Assembly (NCBI GenBank): GCA_903850745.1
Contig: CAINMH010000047.1
Span: forward strand, 1-55,715
Source: an uncultured bacterium
GTDB taxonomy: Bacteria; Actinomycetota; Actinomycetes; S36-B12
Reading direction: 5' to 3'
Length of the DNA: 55,715 bases
In this document: piece by piece, positions 48,014 through 55,715 of the stretch
How the letters are laid out: each line of letters opens with the position of its first letter
Numbering within the stretch: position 1 is the stretch's first letter
The notes under the pieces: model-generated
What the model was told of the DNA's origin: nothing
Databases searched by the model: none
The model's input: the letters and a program-made list of their open reading frames with translations, nothing else
Program-made: the position numbers and the translations under genes

Positions 48014-49600
48014 CTATGGCAATTGCGCATTGGGTTTTGGTGAGACACCTATGGTGGCTTCGACGATGGTTCCGCCAGACTCGCGGGGGCGTACCGTCAA
48101 TAAGGCGCCGATACGTGCCGAGCGCTCCCTCATCACATCAAGACCGAAGTGATCTGTTCCTTTGCGCCCAGTGAGGCCACGACCGTCGTCGGCAATGCGG
48201 ACGTAGGCATTGGGTGGGTCGACTCGCAAGGTCACCCAGAGGGTACGCGCCTCGGCGTGTTTACGGGTGTTAGTGATGGCCTCTTGCGCTATACGCAGAA
48301 GTTCGACCTCAACACTGCGCGGCAATCTTGCAGGGGTCTCTTCGAGCACCAAGTGAACAGTGAGACCCGAGGCGGAACCGACGGATCGGGCATACTCTGC
48401 CAACGCCTCGCCGAGTCGCATGCCGGTCCCCATCTCACTGCGCAGATCGAAGATGGAGAGTCGAAGTTCGGTGGTGATTCGCGTGAGTTCGTCGCGGATC
48501 CGGTTGAGGTCTGCTGACACCACTGGATCAGCAGTGCTTGCCCGAGCGGCATCTACGAGAAATCCAAGCGCTGCCACTTCTTGGGCAACCCCATCGTGAA
48601 TCTCTCGAGAGAGCCTGCGCCGCTCCTCTGCCGTCGCCAATGCTTGGACCTCGGCGAATAGTCGAGCGGTGTCAATACGCAAAGCTGTGTCGTCGGCGAT
48701 ATCTTGCGCTGCTGAGAGTTGCGCGGGCTCCCATAGTTCCCCACTGCCCTCGCAGGCGATCACGCCAATCCTCCGGCCGCCCAAACTCAAGGGGATGACC
48801 GCCGCAACGCCGTGGCCTGGTCGGCTAAACGAACCGCTCCGCGCGACCGAGACGCCGGTATCCCAGGCTTGTCCCCAGATGCCTAGATCGATTGAGGCGG
48901 GCCAAGCATCAGCGAGGTTCGCTGTCGTTGCGACCGGCAAGAGGGCATCACCCTCTGTTCGTACGTACACCGCAGCTGCGGAGAGGTCGATGGCTTCCGA
49001 GAGTCGCTCGAGCGCAGTTTCTGCCAAGCTCACTGTGTCGAGCCCATTGGGCAATTGCCGAGCCACATCACGAAGTGAGGTGAGGAGACGATTCGCTGTG
49101 GCGTAGTCAGTGTTGCCGGATGCGGTACGGCTGCGGATGTACCGAATGGCAAGGCCAGTAAGAGCAACAGCGACCACGACGGCTAGCCAGATTTCCAAGT
49201 AGACAACCGAGCCTTGGACGGCGCTGTTGAGCTTGAGAAAGACCACGACGATCAAGGTCAGCGTGCTGACGCCTAGTGACGTAAGCAAGCCGAGAACTCG
49301 GAGGTTGAGGGCCCCCGCGAGGGCAGGGGCAAGGAGATAAGGCAGATACACCTCGGGGGGTCCCGCCGCCAATCCGACGACGAGCGCTGCAGCAACCGCC
49401 TCACCCAAGATGACGGAATACCTAAGCCATACCGGCTGCGCGGTGACCGAGGCGATTACCGCTACACCCAAGAGAATCAGCAATCCGTCTCGGGCAACAT
49501 CGAGATGACTTGTGCTTACTGCAATTACGAGACAGACGAGAAGTGCCCCTGATCGGCCAAGTACCTCCCATGTACGACGAGAGAACTTGGCCGGGGTCAC
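48014..49600 (-). CDS. Membrane sensor histidine kinase with a GAF-like domain (HisKA_3 / NarL-partner type)
   Basis: Has about 5 N-terminal TM segments, a central GAF-like region, the H-box REIHDGVAQEVAAL and an HATPase region (NTRKHAEA, DDGRGL). Confidence 0.85.
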   Translation of the reverse strand: MTPAKFSRRTWEVLGRSGALLVCLVIAVSTSHLDVARDGLLILLGVAVIASVTAQPVWLRYSVILGEAVAAALVVGLAAGPPEVYLPYLLAPALAGALNLRVLGLLTSLGVSTLTLIVVVFLKLNSAVQGSVVYLEIWLAVVVAVALTGLAIRYIRSRTASGNTDYATANRLLTSLRDVARQLPNGLDTVSLAETALERLSEAIDLSAAAVYVRTEGDALLPVATTANLADAWPASIDLGIWGQAWDTGVSVARSGSFSRPGHGVAAVIPLSLGGRRIGVIACEGSGELWEPAQLSAAQDIADDTALRIDTARLFAEVQALATAEERRRLSREIHDGVAQEVAALGFLVDAARASTADPVVSADLNRIRDELTRITTELRLSIFDLRSEMGTGMRLGEALAEYARSVGSASGLTVHLVLEETPARLPRSVEVELLRIAQEAITNTRKHAEARTLWVTLRVDPPNAYVRIADDGRGLTGRKGTDHFGLDVMRERSARIGALLTVRPRESGGTIVEATIGVSPKPNAQLP

Positions 49601-49617
49601 GCGCCAATCATGCCTTG

Positions 49618-51414
49618 TCAGGAGTACAGGGCGTCCACATCAGCAGCGAATTCGGCCATAACGACATTGCGCTTCAGTTTCATTGACGGCGTCATTTGGC
49701 CGCCCTCTTCGGTCCAGTCCACCCCGACTATGGCAAATTTCTTTACGGCCTCGGCTTGTGACACAGCCTTGTTCGCCTCGTCAATAGCTCCTTGAATCAC
49801 AGCGCGCAGGTCAGCGTCGTTCTTGAGTGAATCGACCGTCGAGCCGGTAGGTTTCCCGGCGGCCTTGACCCACGCAGGAAAAGCATCGGGGTCAACCGTC
49901 ACGAGCGCTGCAATGTATGGCTTGGCGTCTCCTACCACCATGCACTGGCTGATGAGCCAGTTGCTGCGGATGCGATCCTCCAGCACGGCGGGTGCAACGT
50001 TCTTGCCTGCCGCGGTGACGAGTAGTTCCTTTTTGCGTCCGGTGATGCGGACATAACCGTCGTCATCAATTTCACCAATGTCGCCGGAATGGAACCAGCC
50101 ATCGGGCTCAATCGCCTCTGCAGTGGCAGCGGGGTTGTTCCAGTAACCCGTGAAGAGGTGTGGACCAAGCAGCATGAGTTCGCCGTCGGCGGCTACACGT
50201 ACAGAAGCGCCTGGAATGGGTTTTCCGACACTTCCCACCCGAATGCTTGTGGGGCGGTTAGCCGTGTGAGCCGCGCTGGTTTCGGTGAGACCGTATCCCT
50301 CGAGGATCGTGATCCCGATGCCACGGAAAAAATGTCCCAGACGCTCTCCGAGTGGCGCACCACCTGAGACCGCCCATTCGACTCGGCCACCCATGGCTGC
50401 ACGAAGCTTCGAATAGACCAGCTTGTCGAAGAGCGCATGCTTGACCTTCAGGCCAATTCCGGGACCTGAGCCGTCGAGGGACTTGCTGTAGGCAATAGCG
50501 ATGGCTGCTGCCTTGTCAAAGATTTTGCCTTTGCCATCGGCGGTCGCCTTTTGCTGTGCGGAGTTAAACACCTTCTCGAAGACGCGCGGCACAGCGAGAA
50601 TGAAGGTGGGCTGGAAACCTTGAAGGTCAGCAAGGAGATTCGAGACATCTGGTGAGTGACCGAGACGGACGCCCGCCCGGATGCAGCCGAGTTGAATGAG
50701 GCGCCCGAAGACGTGGGCGATCGGCAAGAAGAGCAATGTGGAAGCGCCGGGGGCAAGGAACACCTCCGGCATGACCTGTACCACGTTGTCGACCTCGAAC
50801 ATGAACGCTCGGTGAGTGAGCATGCAGCCCTTAGGCCGGCCGGTGGTTCCCGATGTGTAGATGATCGTGGCCAATGTCTCGGGATTAACACTCCCGCGAG
50901 CCTGCTCGAGTTGCTCGTCACTGACGTGTGTTCCCAGGGACTTCACCTGCGCAATTCCGTCGGATTCGAAAACCCAACAGCGGGTCACGTCCGGCACACG
51001 ACTCGACACCTGATCGAAGACGGCCTTGTTCTTCTCGCTCTCTGCGAAGAGGGCAACGGCATTGGAGTCAGAGAGAATCCACTCGACCTGCTCGGCCGAA
51101 GACGTCTCGTAAATCGGAACGCTCACACAGCCGGCATACCAAATCGCAAAATCGACAAGAGTCCACTCGTAGCGCGTGCGAGACATGACACCCACCCGCT
51201 GACCGGTTTGGACGCCCGAGCCGATGATGCCTTTGGCTACTGCACGCACCTCATCGAGGAACTGCTGCGCGCTGACACCAACCCAGGCACCGCCGCGATG
51301 GATGGACAAGGAAACGCCATGGGGGTTCTTGGCCGCGGCTTCGATGGCGTGGTCGGCTAGACCACCTGAGGTGCAAGCGGGGACGAGGGCAGGCACACTA
51401 AATTCGGTTTTCAT
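49618..51414 (-). CDS. fadD: Long-chain fatty-acid--CoA ligase (FadD15-like)
   Basis: Contains the AMP-binding motif IIYTSGTTGRPKG, plus GYGLTETS and FHSGDIGEIDDDGYVRITGRKK. ATG 51414 has GGAG upstream. The extension to 51588 was rejected. Confidence 0.9.
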   Translation of the reverse strand: MKTEFSVPALVPACTSGGLADHAIEAAAKNPHGVSLSIHRGGAWVGVSAQQFLDEVRAVAKGIIGSGVQTGQRVGVMSRTRYEWTLVDFAIWYAGCVSVPIYETSSAEQVEWILSDSNAVALFAESEKNKAVFDQVSSRVPDVTRCWVFESDGIAQVKSLGTHVSDEQLEQARGSVNPETLATIIYTSGTTGRPKGCMLTHRAFMFEVDNVVQVMPEVFLAPGASTLLFLPIAHVFGRLIQLGCIRAGVRLGHSPDVSNLLADLQGFQPTFILAVPRVFEKVFNSAQQKATADGKGKIFDKAAAIAIAYSKSLDGSGPGIGLKVKHALFDKLVYSKLRAAMGGRVEWAVSGGAPLGERLGHFFRGIGITILEGYGLTETSAAHTANRPTSIRVGSVGKPIPGASVRVAADGELMLLGPHLFTGYWNNPAATAEAIEPDGWFHSGDIGEIDDDGYVRITGRKKELLVTAAGKNVAPAVLEDRIRSNWLISQCMVVGDAKPYIAALVTVDPDAFPAWVKAAGKPTGSTVDSLKNDADLRAVIQGAIDEANKAVSQAEAVKKFAIVGVDWTEEGGQMTPSMKLKRNVVMAEFAADVDALYS

Positions 51415-51523
51415 CCAGCAACTCCGTCGTAGAGGTTGACTTGTTCTGAGCACCGTACGCGATCGTGGTGGCTCAGGCGAGAAGAAGCAGCCCGAAAATC
51501 GTCCGGACCGATAGCCTTCCCCC

Positions 51524-51964
51524 ATGGCCGAGCAAACTGAGTCCAGCATCGTGATCGACGCCTCACCCCAGACGGTCATGGCGGTCATTGCGGATCTCGG
51601 TGCCTACCCGGACTGGAGCGACGGCATCACGGCCGTCGAGGTGCTGTCCACGGGACCCGATGACCGCCCGACCCAGGCTCGCTTCCATCTGGCCAGCGGT
51701 CCAATCAAGGACACATACGAGCTGGATTACACCTGGCAAGGCGACGTATCGGTGCACTGGATCCTCACCAAGGGAGACATGCTCACCATGATGGACGGGT
51801 CCTACACGCTGATCGACAATGGCGATGAATCGACGAAGGTCCTATATCGCCTGGCAGTTGATGTGAAGATCCCCATGATCGGGATGCTGAAGCGCAAGGC
51901 GGAAAAGGTAATCGTGGATACCGCTCTGAAGGGCCTGCGTAAGCGGGTTGATGCGTTGTCGTAA
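51524..51964 (+). CDS. SRPBCC (polyketide cyclase/dehydrase-like) family protein
   Basis: 146 aa with IVIDASPQTVMAVIADLGAYPDWSDGI. Confidence 0.8.
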   Translation: MAEQTESSIVIDASPQTVMAVIADLGAYPDWSDGITAVEVLSTGPDDRPTQARFHLASGPIKDTYELDYTWQGDVSVHWILTKGDMLTMMDGSYTLIDNGDESTKVLYRLAVDVKIPMIGMLKRKAEKVIVDTALKGLRKRVDALS

Positions 51965-52914
51965 TGGCTCTCTCGCTCGGTGTTGACGTTGGCGGCACCA
52001 AGATTCTGGCCGGGGTGGTTGACGAGCAAGGCCGGGTCCTGCGCACAGAGCGTCGCCCGACGCAACGGTCCGATGTTGCCGCGCTTGTGGACTCCATTGG
52101 CGAATGTGTGCGGTCACTGGACCCAGCAGGTGAGTGTCGCTCGCTGGGAGTCAGTATCGCTGCGCTCCTGGATTCCCCCCGTGATCGCATACTTCTGGCA
52201 CCCAACGGAGGGTGGGCTGAGGAGCCACTCGACTTTCTGCTGGAGCGCGAATCCCGCCTGATGACCGTTTTGGAAAACGACGGCAATGCAGCCGCATGGG
52301 GCGAAATGCGTTTCGGCGCGGGACGAACCGTCAACGACATCGTGATGATTACTGTCGGGACCGGTGTGGGCGGCGGTGTCGTGCTCAATGGGCAGTTGCG
52401 AACGGGCGCGCATGGAGTCGCGGGCGAAGTTGGTCACATCACGATGGTCGCTAACGGGCTGCCTTGCGGATGTGGTCGTACCGGATGTTGGGAGCAATAC
52501 GCCAGCGGCTCGGCCCTCGTCCGTGAGGCACGAGCGTTGGCCACCGAACGTCGAAGCGACGCTTCGCTCCTACTCCAACTTGGCAACGGGACGCCCGAGG
52601 GTGTCCAAGGCGTGCACGTCACCGAAGCTGCACACGCCGGAGACGCGGTCGCCTTGGCTGCATTCGCCCGAGTGGCGGACTGGCTCGGCAGGGGCATGGC
52701 CGATTTGGCCGCCGTGATCGATCCCGAAATGTTCATCATCGGTGGCGGAGTCAGCGACGCTGGCGACGTGCTTCTGGTGCCACTGCGGGCGTCATTTCGC
52801 AGCCAGTTAATGGGGTCTGGTCGCTTGCCTAGTGCCGAAGTGAAACTCGCCGAGTTGGGAAATCATGCGGGGCTGATTGGTGCGGCTGATCTGGCCCGGC
52901 AGCGCCTCGGCTAA
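51964..52914 (+). CDS. glk: ROK-family glucokinase
   Basis: Contains LGVDVGGTKILAGVVDEQG, GGGVVLNG and the ROK Zn motif CGCGRTGCWEQYASG. Confidence 0.85.
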   Translation: MALSLGVDVGGTKILAGVVDEQGRVLRTERRPTQRSDVAALVDSIGECVRSLDPAGECRSLGVSIAALLDSPRDRILLAPNGGWAEEPLDFLLERESRLMTVLENDGNAAAWGEMRFGAGRTVNDIVMITVGTGVGGGVVLNGQLRTGAHGVAGEVGHITMVANGLPCGCGRTGCWEQYASGSALVREARALATERRSDASLLLQLGNGTPEGVQGVHVTEAAHAGDAVALAAFARVADWLGRGMADLAAVIDPEMFIIGGGVSDAGDVLLVPLRASFRSQLMGSGRLPSAEVKLAELGNHAGLIGAADLARQRLG

Positions 52915-52928
52915 GCACGCTAAACCGA

Positions 52929-53348
52929 TCAGACGACTGCCCCATCCGGTGGCCCATCTCGGTCGTCATCGTTCTTTCTCGCGATGAGAGTTGCGAATCC
53001 ACCAGCGAACGCGAGGGCCCCAAGCCCAGCGATCCACGACGGGAGCGTGAAGAAAAACGCAATGAGCACGACGATGGGACCACCTAGGACGCCGGCCCAA
53101 GCAAAGCGATCAACAGCGTGGTGTGGCCGCGGGATCGGCGGCGGCTCGGGCGGCTCAAAGGTAGATGTGTCTTCCGCGAGCGGGTCCCAATCGCTAGACG
53201 CTGGTGTCAGCTTCGCGCCGGGAACGTCGTCGTTGGCTGCGGGCATCCGCGGAGCTTCCCCGAAGCTAGCAATAATTCCTTGCCACTCGGCGTCGACCTT
53301 CTCCTGGGGGAGTCCTTCGTTGTCGTCGGGCATGGGACCACTCGTCAC
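52929..53348 (-). CDS. Hypothetical membrane protein (acidic/Pro-rich N-terminus, two C-terminal TM segments)
   Basis: The ORF overlaps the upstream hydrolase stop by 4 nt. TM segments are GVLGGPIVVLIAFFF and WIAGLGALAFAGGFATLIA. Confidence 0.6.
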   Translation of the reverse strand: MTSGPMPDDNEGLPQEKVDAEWQGIIASFGEAPRMPAANDDVPGAKLTPASSDWDPLAEDTSTFEPPEPPPIPRPHHAVDRFAWAGVLGGPIVVLIAFFFTLPSWIAGLGALAFAGGFATLIARKNDDDRDGPPDGAVV

Positions 53349-54094
53349 TTACTCGAAATACGCTGGATAAAGGACACGCTGGCATCTTCGATTGTCATGG
53401 CATCGTTATCGAGAGTTGCCACGTGATAGGAGTCGGGTAGCACCACCAGTGTCTTATCTGCTGATCGCATGTGAGACATGATCCACTCTGCATTACTGGG
53501 CTCTACAACGTGGTCCACTTCGCTGCGAAACACGAGGGCTGGCTGAGTCACCTTGTCGATGTCCTGGCGCACGGCCGCCCACAATTTCGACAACGAATAC
53601 GCGGCCTTCAACGGGATTTTGCTGTAAGCGCCCTCGTCTTGCCCCGGCTTCTTGATGTCGTTGCTGATGCCCGGAAACGAAGGGACAATCGCTTGCAGGA
53701 GGGGGAGTAGATGGCGGTCCTTGCGCTCGCTGTGCACAGCAGCATTGATGAGCACGATGCCAGTGACCGCGTCGCCTTTTTCCTCCGCGAGACGAAGGGT
53801 GAGAGAACCGCCCATGCTCAGACCAAGTACGAACACACGATCGCAACGCTCGGCGAGTTCTCGAAATGCCCGATCAACCTCGGCGTACCAGTCCTCCCAG
53901 CGCGTGAGATTCATGTCCTGCCATCGGGTCCCATGCCCGGGGAGTCTAGGAAGACGTACCGTCATGCCCTCTTTGGCGAGGCGCTGCGCCAGCGGCAGCA
54001 TCGACTTGGGTGATCCGGTGAAGCCATGGATTACGAGTGCTCCAGTGGAACTCCCGTCCGCGGCAAATGGTTCAGCTCCGGGCATGAGTGTCAT
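53345..54094 (-). CDS. Alpha/beta hydrolase (carboxylesterase / lysophospholipase-like)
   Basis: Contains ALVIHGFTGSP and the nucleophile elbow VLGLSMGG. ATG 54094 has a perfect AAGGAG 5 nt upstream. Confidence 0.85.
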   Translation of the reverse strand: MTLMPGAEPFAADGSSTGALVIHGFTGSPKSMLPLAQRLAKEGMTVRLPRLPGHGTRWQDMNLTRWEDWYAEVDRAFRELAERCDRVFVLGLSMGGSLTLRLAEEKGDAVTGIVLINAAVHSERKDRHLLPLLQAIVPSFPGISNDIKKPGQDEGAYSKIPLKAAYSLSKLWAAVRQDIDKVTQPALVFRSEVDHVVEPSNAEWIMSHMRSADKTLVVLPDSYHVATLDNDAMTIEDASVSFIQRISSK

Positions 54095-54144
54095 TTGGGG
54101 CTCCTTGGTCGGGGAACTGATCACCCCCAGCGTAGGGTTCACTC

Positions 54145-54837
54145 GTGTTCTACTGGGTGCTGAAGCACATTCTCATCGGACCGTGGCTGCGAATACTCTG
54201 GCGCCCGTGGACCGAAGGTGTCGAAAACGTGCCTACCCAAGGGCCCGCAATCATTGTCAGCAACCACCTGTCGTTCAGTGATTCCTTCTTCATGCCGCTC
54301 ATGGTCAGTCGAAAAGTGACTTTCCTCGCCAAGAGCGACTACTTCACGGGCCGAGGCATAAAGGGTCTCTTCACGAAGATGTTTTTTGCGGGTGCGGGTC
54401 AGGTGCCGGTCGATCGATCCGGAGGTCGCGCCTCGGAGGCGGCTCTGCTCACAGCGCTACGGATTCTTAGTGAAGGCAATCTGCTGGGGATTTACCCCGA
54501 GGGAACGAGATCTGGTGATGGTCGCCTCTATCGCGGTCGCACGGGAGTCGCACGAATGGCCCTTGAAGCCGGCGTGCCTGTGATTCCGGTCGCCATGATC
54601 GGCACCTATGAGATTCAGCCCCCCGGGCAAGTGAAGCCGCGTGTGCGCCGCGTAGGCATGCGCTTTGGCGCGCCACTTGACTTCTCGCGGTACGAAGGTC
54701 TCGGCGGTGACCGATTCATCTTGCGCTCCGTGACCGATGAAATTATCTATGCCTTGATGGATCTGTCCCGGCAGGAATATGTCGACATGTACGCCACAAA
54801 GGCAAAGGAAATCGCCAAGAAGGTTCCAACGGACTAG
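54145..54837 (+). CDS. plsC: 1-acyl-sn-glycerol-3-phosphate acyltransferase
   Basis: Contains the HX4D motif SNHLSFSD, plus IYPEGTRS and PVIPVAM. Confidence 0.9.
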   Translation: MFYWVLKHILIGPWLRILWRPWTEGVENVPTQGPAIIVSNHLSFSDSFFMPLMVSRKVTFLAKSDYFTGRGIKGLFTKMFFAGAGQVPVDRSGGRASEAALLTALRILSEGNLLGIYPEGTRSGDGRLYRGRTGVARMALEAGVPVIPVAMIGTYEIQPPGQVKPRVRRVGMRFGAPLDFSRYEGLGGDRFILRSVTDEIIYALMDLSRQEYVDMYATKAKEIAKKVPTD

Positions 54838-55715
54838 ATCTCTGCCCACCCTGCTGTTCGGCTGACCGCGTTGTGCCAACGTTGGAACCCACGGGGTTCG
54901 TAGGTCTCCGGTGGGAAAGTCCGCTCCACGATACGGGCTTCCTTGATGATGTCCGTCGATGACCACATGCCTGAACCCAGTCCTGCCAGGAAGGCCGCAC
55001 CGAGACCGGTCGATTGCAGCTCAAGGGGCCGCTCAACCGGAATCTGTAATTCATTCGCCTGCAACTGGCAAAGCAGCGAATTCGCAGCGGCGCCGCCATC
55101 GACCGCAAGTCGCGGAAGATGGATACCTCCCTCATCACGCATTAGGTGCACGAGGTCATGTACCGAATAGGCGATTGCGTCGAGTGTCGCTCGGGCCAGA
55201 TGACCGCGTGTTGTGCCGCGGGTGATACCCAGAATCGCGCCACGTGCGTACGGATCCCAGTACGGTGCACCTAGCCCCGTGAGCGCGGGCACGAACACCA
55301 CACCGTCCGAATCGGGCACGGAATTGGCCAGGGCTTCTGTCTCCTCGGCACTCGCGATAATCCCTAGCCCATCCCGTAACCACTGAACCGCTGCGCCGGT
55401 GACGAAAACAGAGCCTTCCAAGGCGTATGTCAACGTGCCGTCCGGATTGCCTAAGGCAACTGTGGTCAGCAGTCCGCCTGTAGAGAAGGCCGGGTGTGAT
55501 CCGGTGTTAGCAAGGAGAAAGGAACCAGTTCCGTAGGTGCACTTCGCATCGCCCACATCGAAGCCCGCTTGCCCCACAAGAGCCGCTTGCTGGTCACCGG
55601 CAACACCAGTGATGGGGATGCTGAGTCCAAGAAACACTGATGGATCTGTGTGCCCGAGTTCACCAAAGGAAGGAACGATTTCGGGAAGCGCATCGATTGG
55701 CACACCGAATAGACC
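54834..55715 (-). CDS. glpK: Glycerol kinase (C-terminal part; the 5' end lies beyond the window)
   Basis: Contains GVAGDQQAALVGQ, CTYGTGSF and VDGGAAANSLLCQLQA. The frame stays open to the window edge. Confidence 0.9.
   Translation of the reverse strand, partial: GLFGVPIDALPEIVPSFGELGHTDPSVFLGLSIPITGVAGDQQAALVGQAGFDVGDAKCTYGTGSFLLANTGSHPAFSTGGLLTTVALGNPDGTLTYALEGSVFVTGAAVQWLRDGLGIIASAEETEALANSVPDSDGVVFVPALTGLGAPYWDPYARGAILGITRGTTRGHLARATLDAIAYSVHDLVHLMRDEGGIHLPRLAVDGGAAANSLLCQLQANELQIPVERPLELQSTGLGAAFLAGLGSGMWSSTDIIKEARIVERTFPPETYEPRGFQRWHNAVSRTAGWAEI

Noticed and set aside
51415-51523. Imperfect inverted repeat GAGCACC...GGTGGCTC in the fadD/SRPBCC divergent region, considered as a FadR/TetR-type operator
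   Set aside because: Only the outer 4 bp plus 2 bp pair, and no regulator gene is adjacent. The evidence is too weak to report as a feature.

Overview
This 55.7-kb window is a high-GC (roughly 60%), almost gap-free coding segment of an actinobacterial chromosome. From memory, gene content and order match the conserved actinobacterial core block known from Mycobacterium tuberculosis Rv2182c-Rv2225. In window order the core genes are: npdG (partial), panB, nadE, glnA2-glnE, glnA1, RDD protein, DUF4191, lipA-lipB, E2 (sucB/dlaT), lpd, pepA, gcvT, DUF3043, glycerate kinase, erpA, an adenosine-kinase-like PfkB kinase, ctaC-ctaD-ctaF, qcrCAB, ctaE, trpD, a DEDD-exonuclease/GIY-YIG protein, fadD15-like, SRPBCC, glucokinase, plsC and glpK (partial). 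The genome is very compact, with many 4-nt ATGA/GTGA start-stop overlaps, convergent genes that share a CTAG stop, and probably leaderless genes. I found no rRNA, tRNA, CRISPR array, transposase or integrase. Several regions interrupt the core. (1) A six-gene operon led by a cobalamin riboswitch (about 22053-28500, minus strand) encodes two exported proteins (an alpha/alpha-toroid prenyltransferase-repeat protein and a membrane-anchored repeat protein), an ECF-type importer (EcfT, fused EcfA1A2, a large S-like component) and a degenerate CobT-like protein. This is my best candidate for an uncharacterised system: a surface corrinoid-capture module feeding an ECF transporter. (2) A sulfotransferase-fold gene and a 4-Cys ORF sit between glnE and glnA1, and the sulfotransferase start codon lies inside the glnA1 terminator hairpin. 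(3) A TusA-like gene is coupled to a cysteine-desulfurase homologue that appears to lack the PLP lysine. (4) A GAF histidine kinase/NarL regulator pair lies next to a small 4-Cys protein. (5) An atypical single-domain receiver lies between ctaE and trpD. Candidate regulatory sites are GlnR-type boxes upstream of glnA1 and glnA2, and a RecA-NDp/PafBC-type promoter upstream of the exonuclease gene. All family calls come from motif recognition in the translated ORFs. No database search was run.
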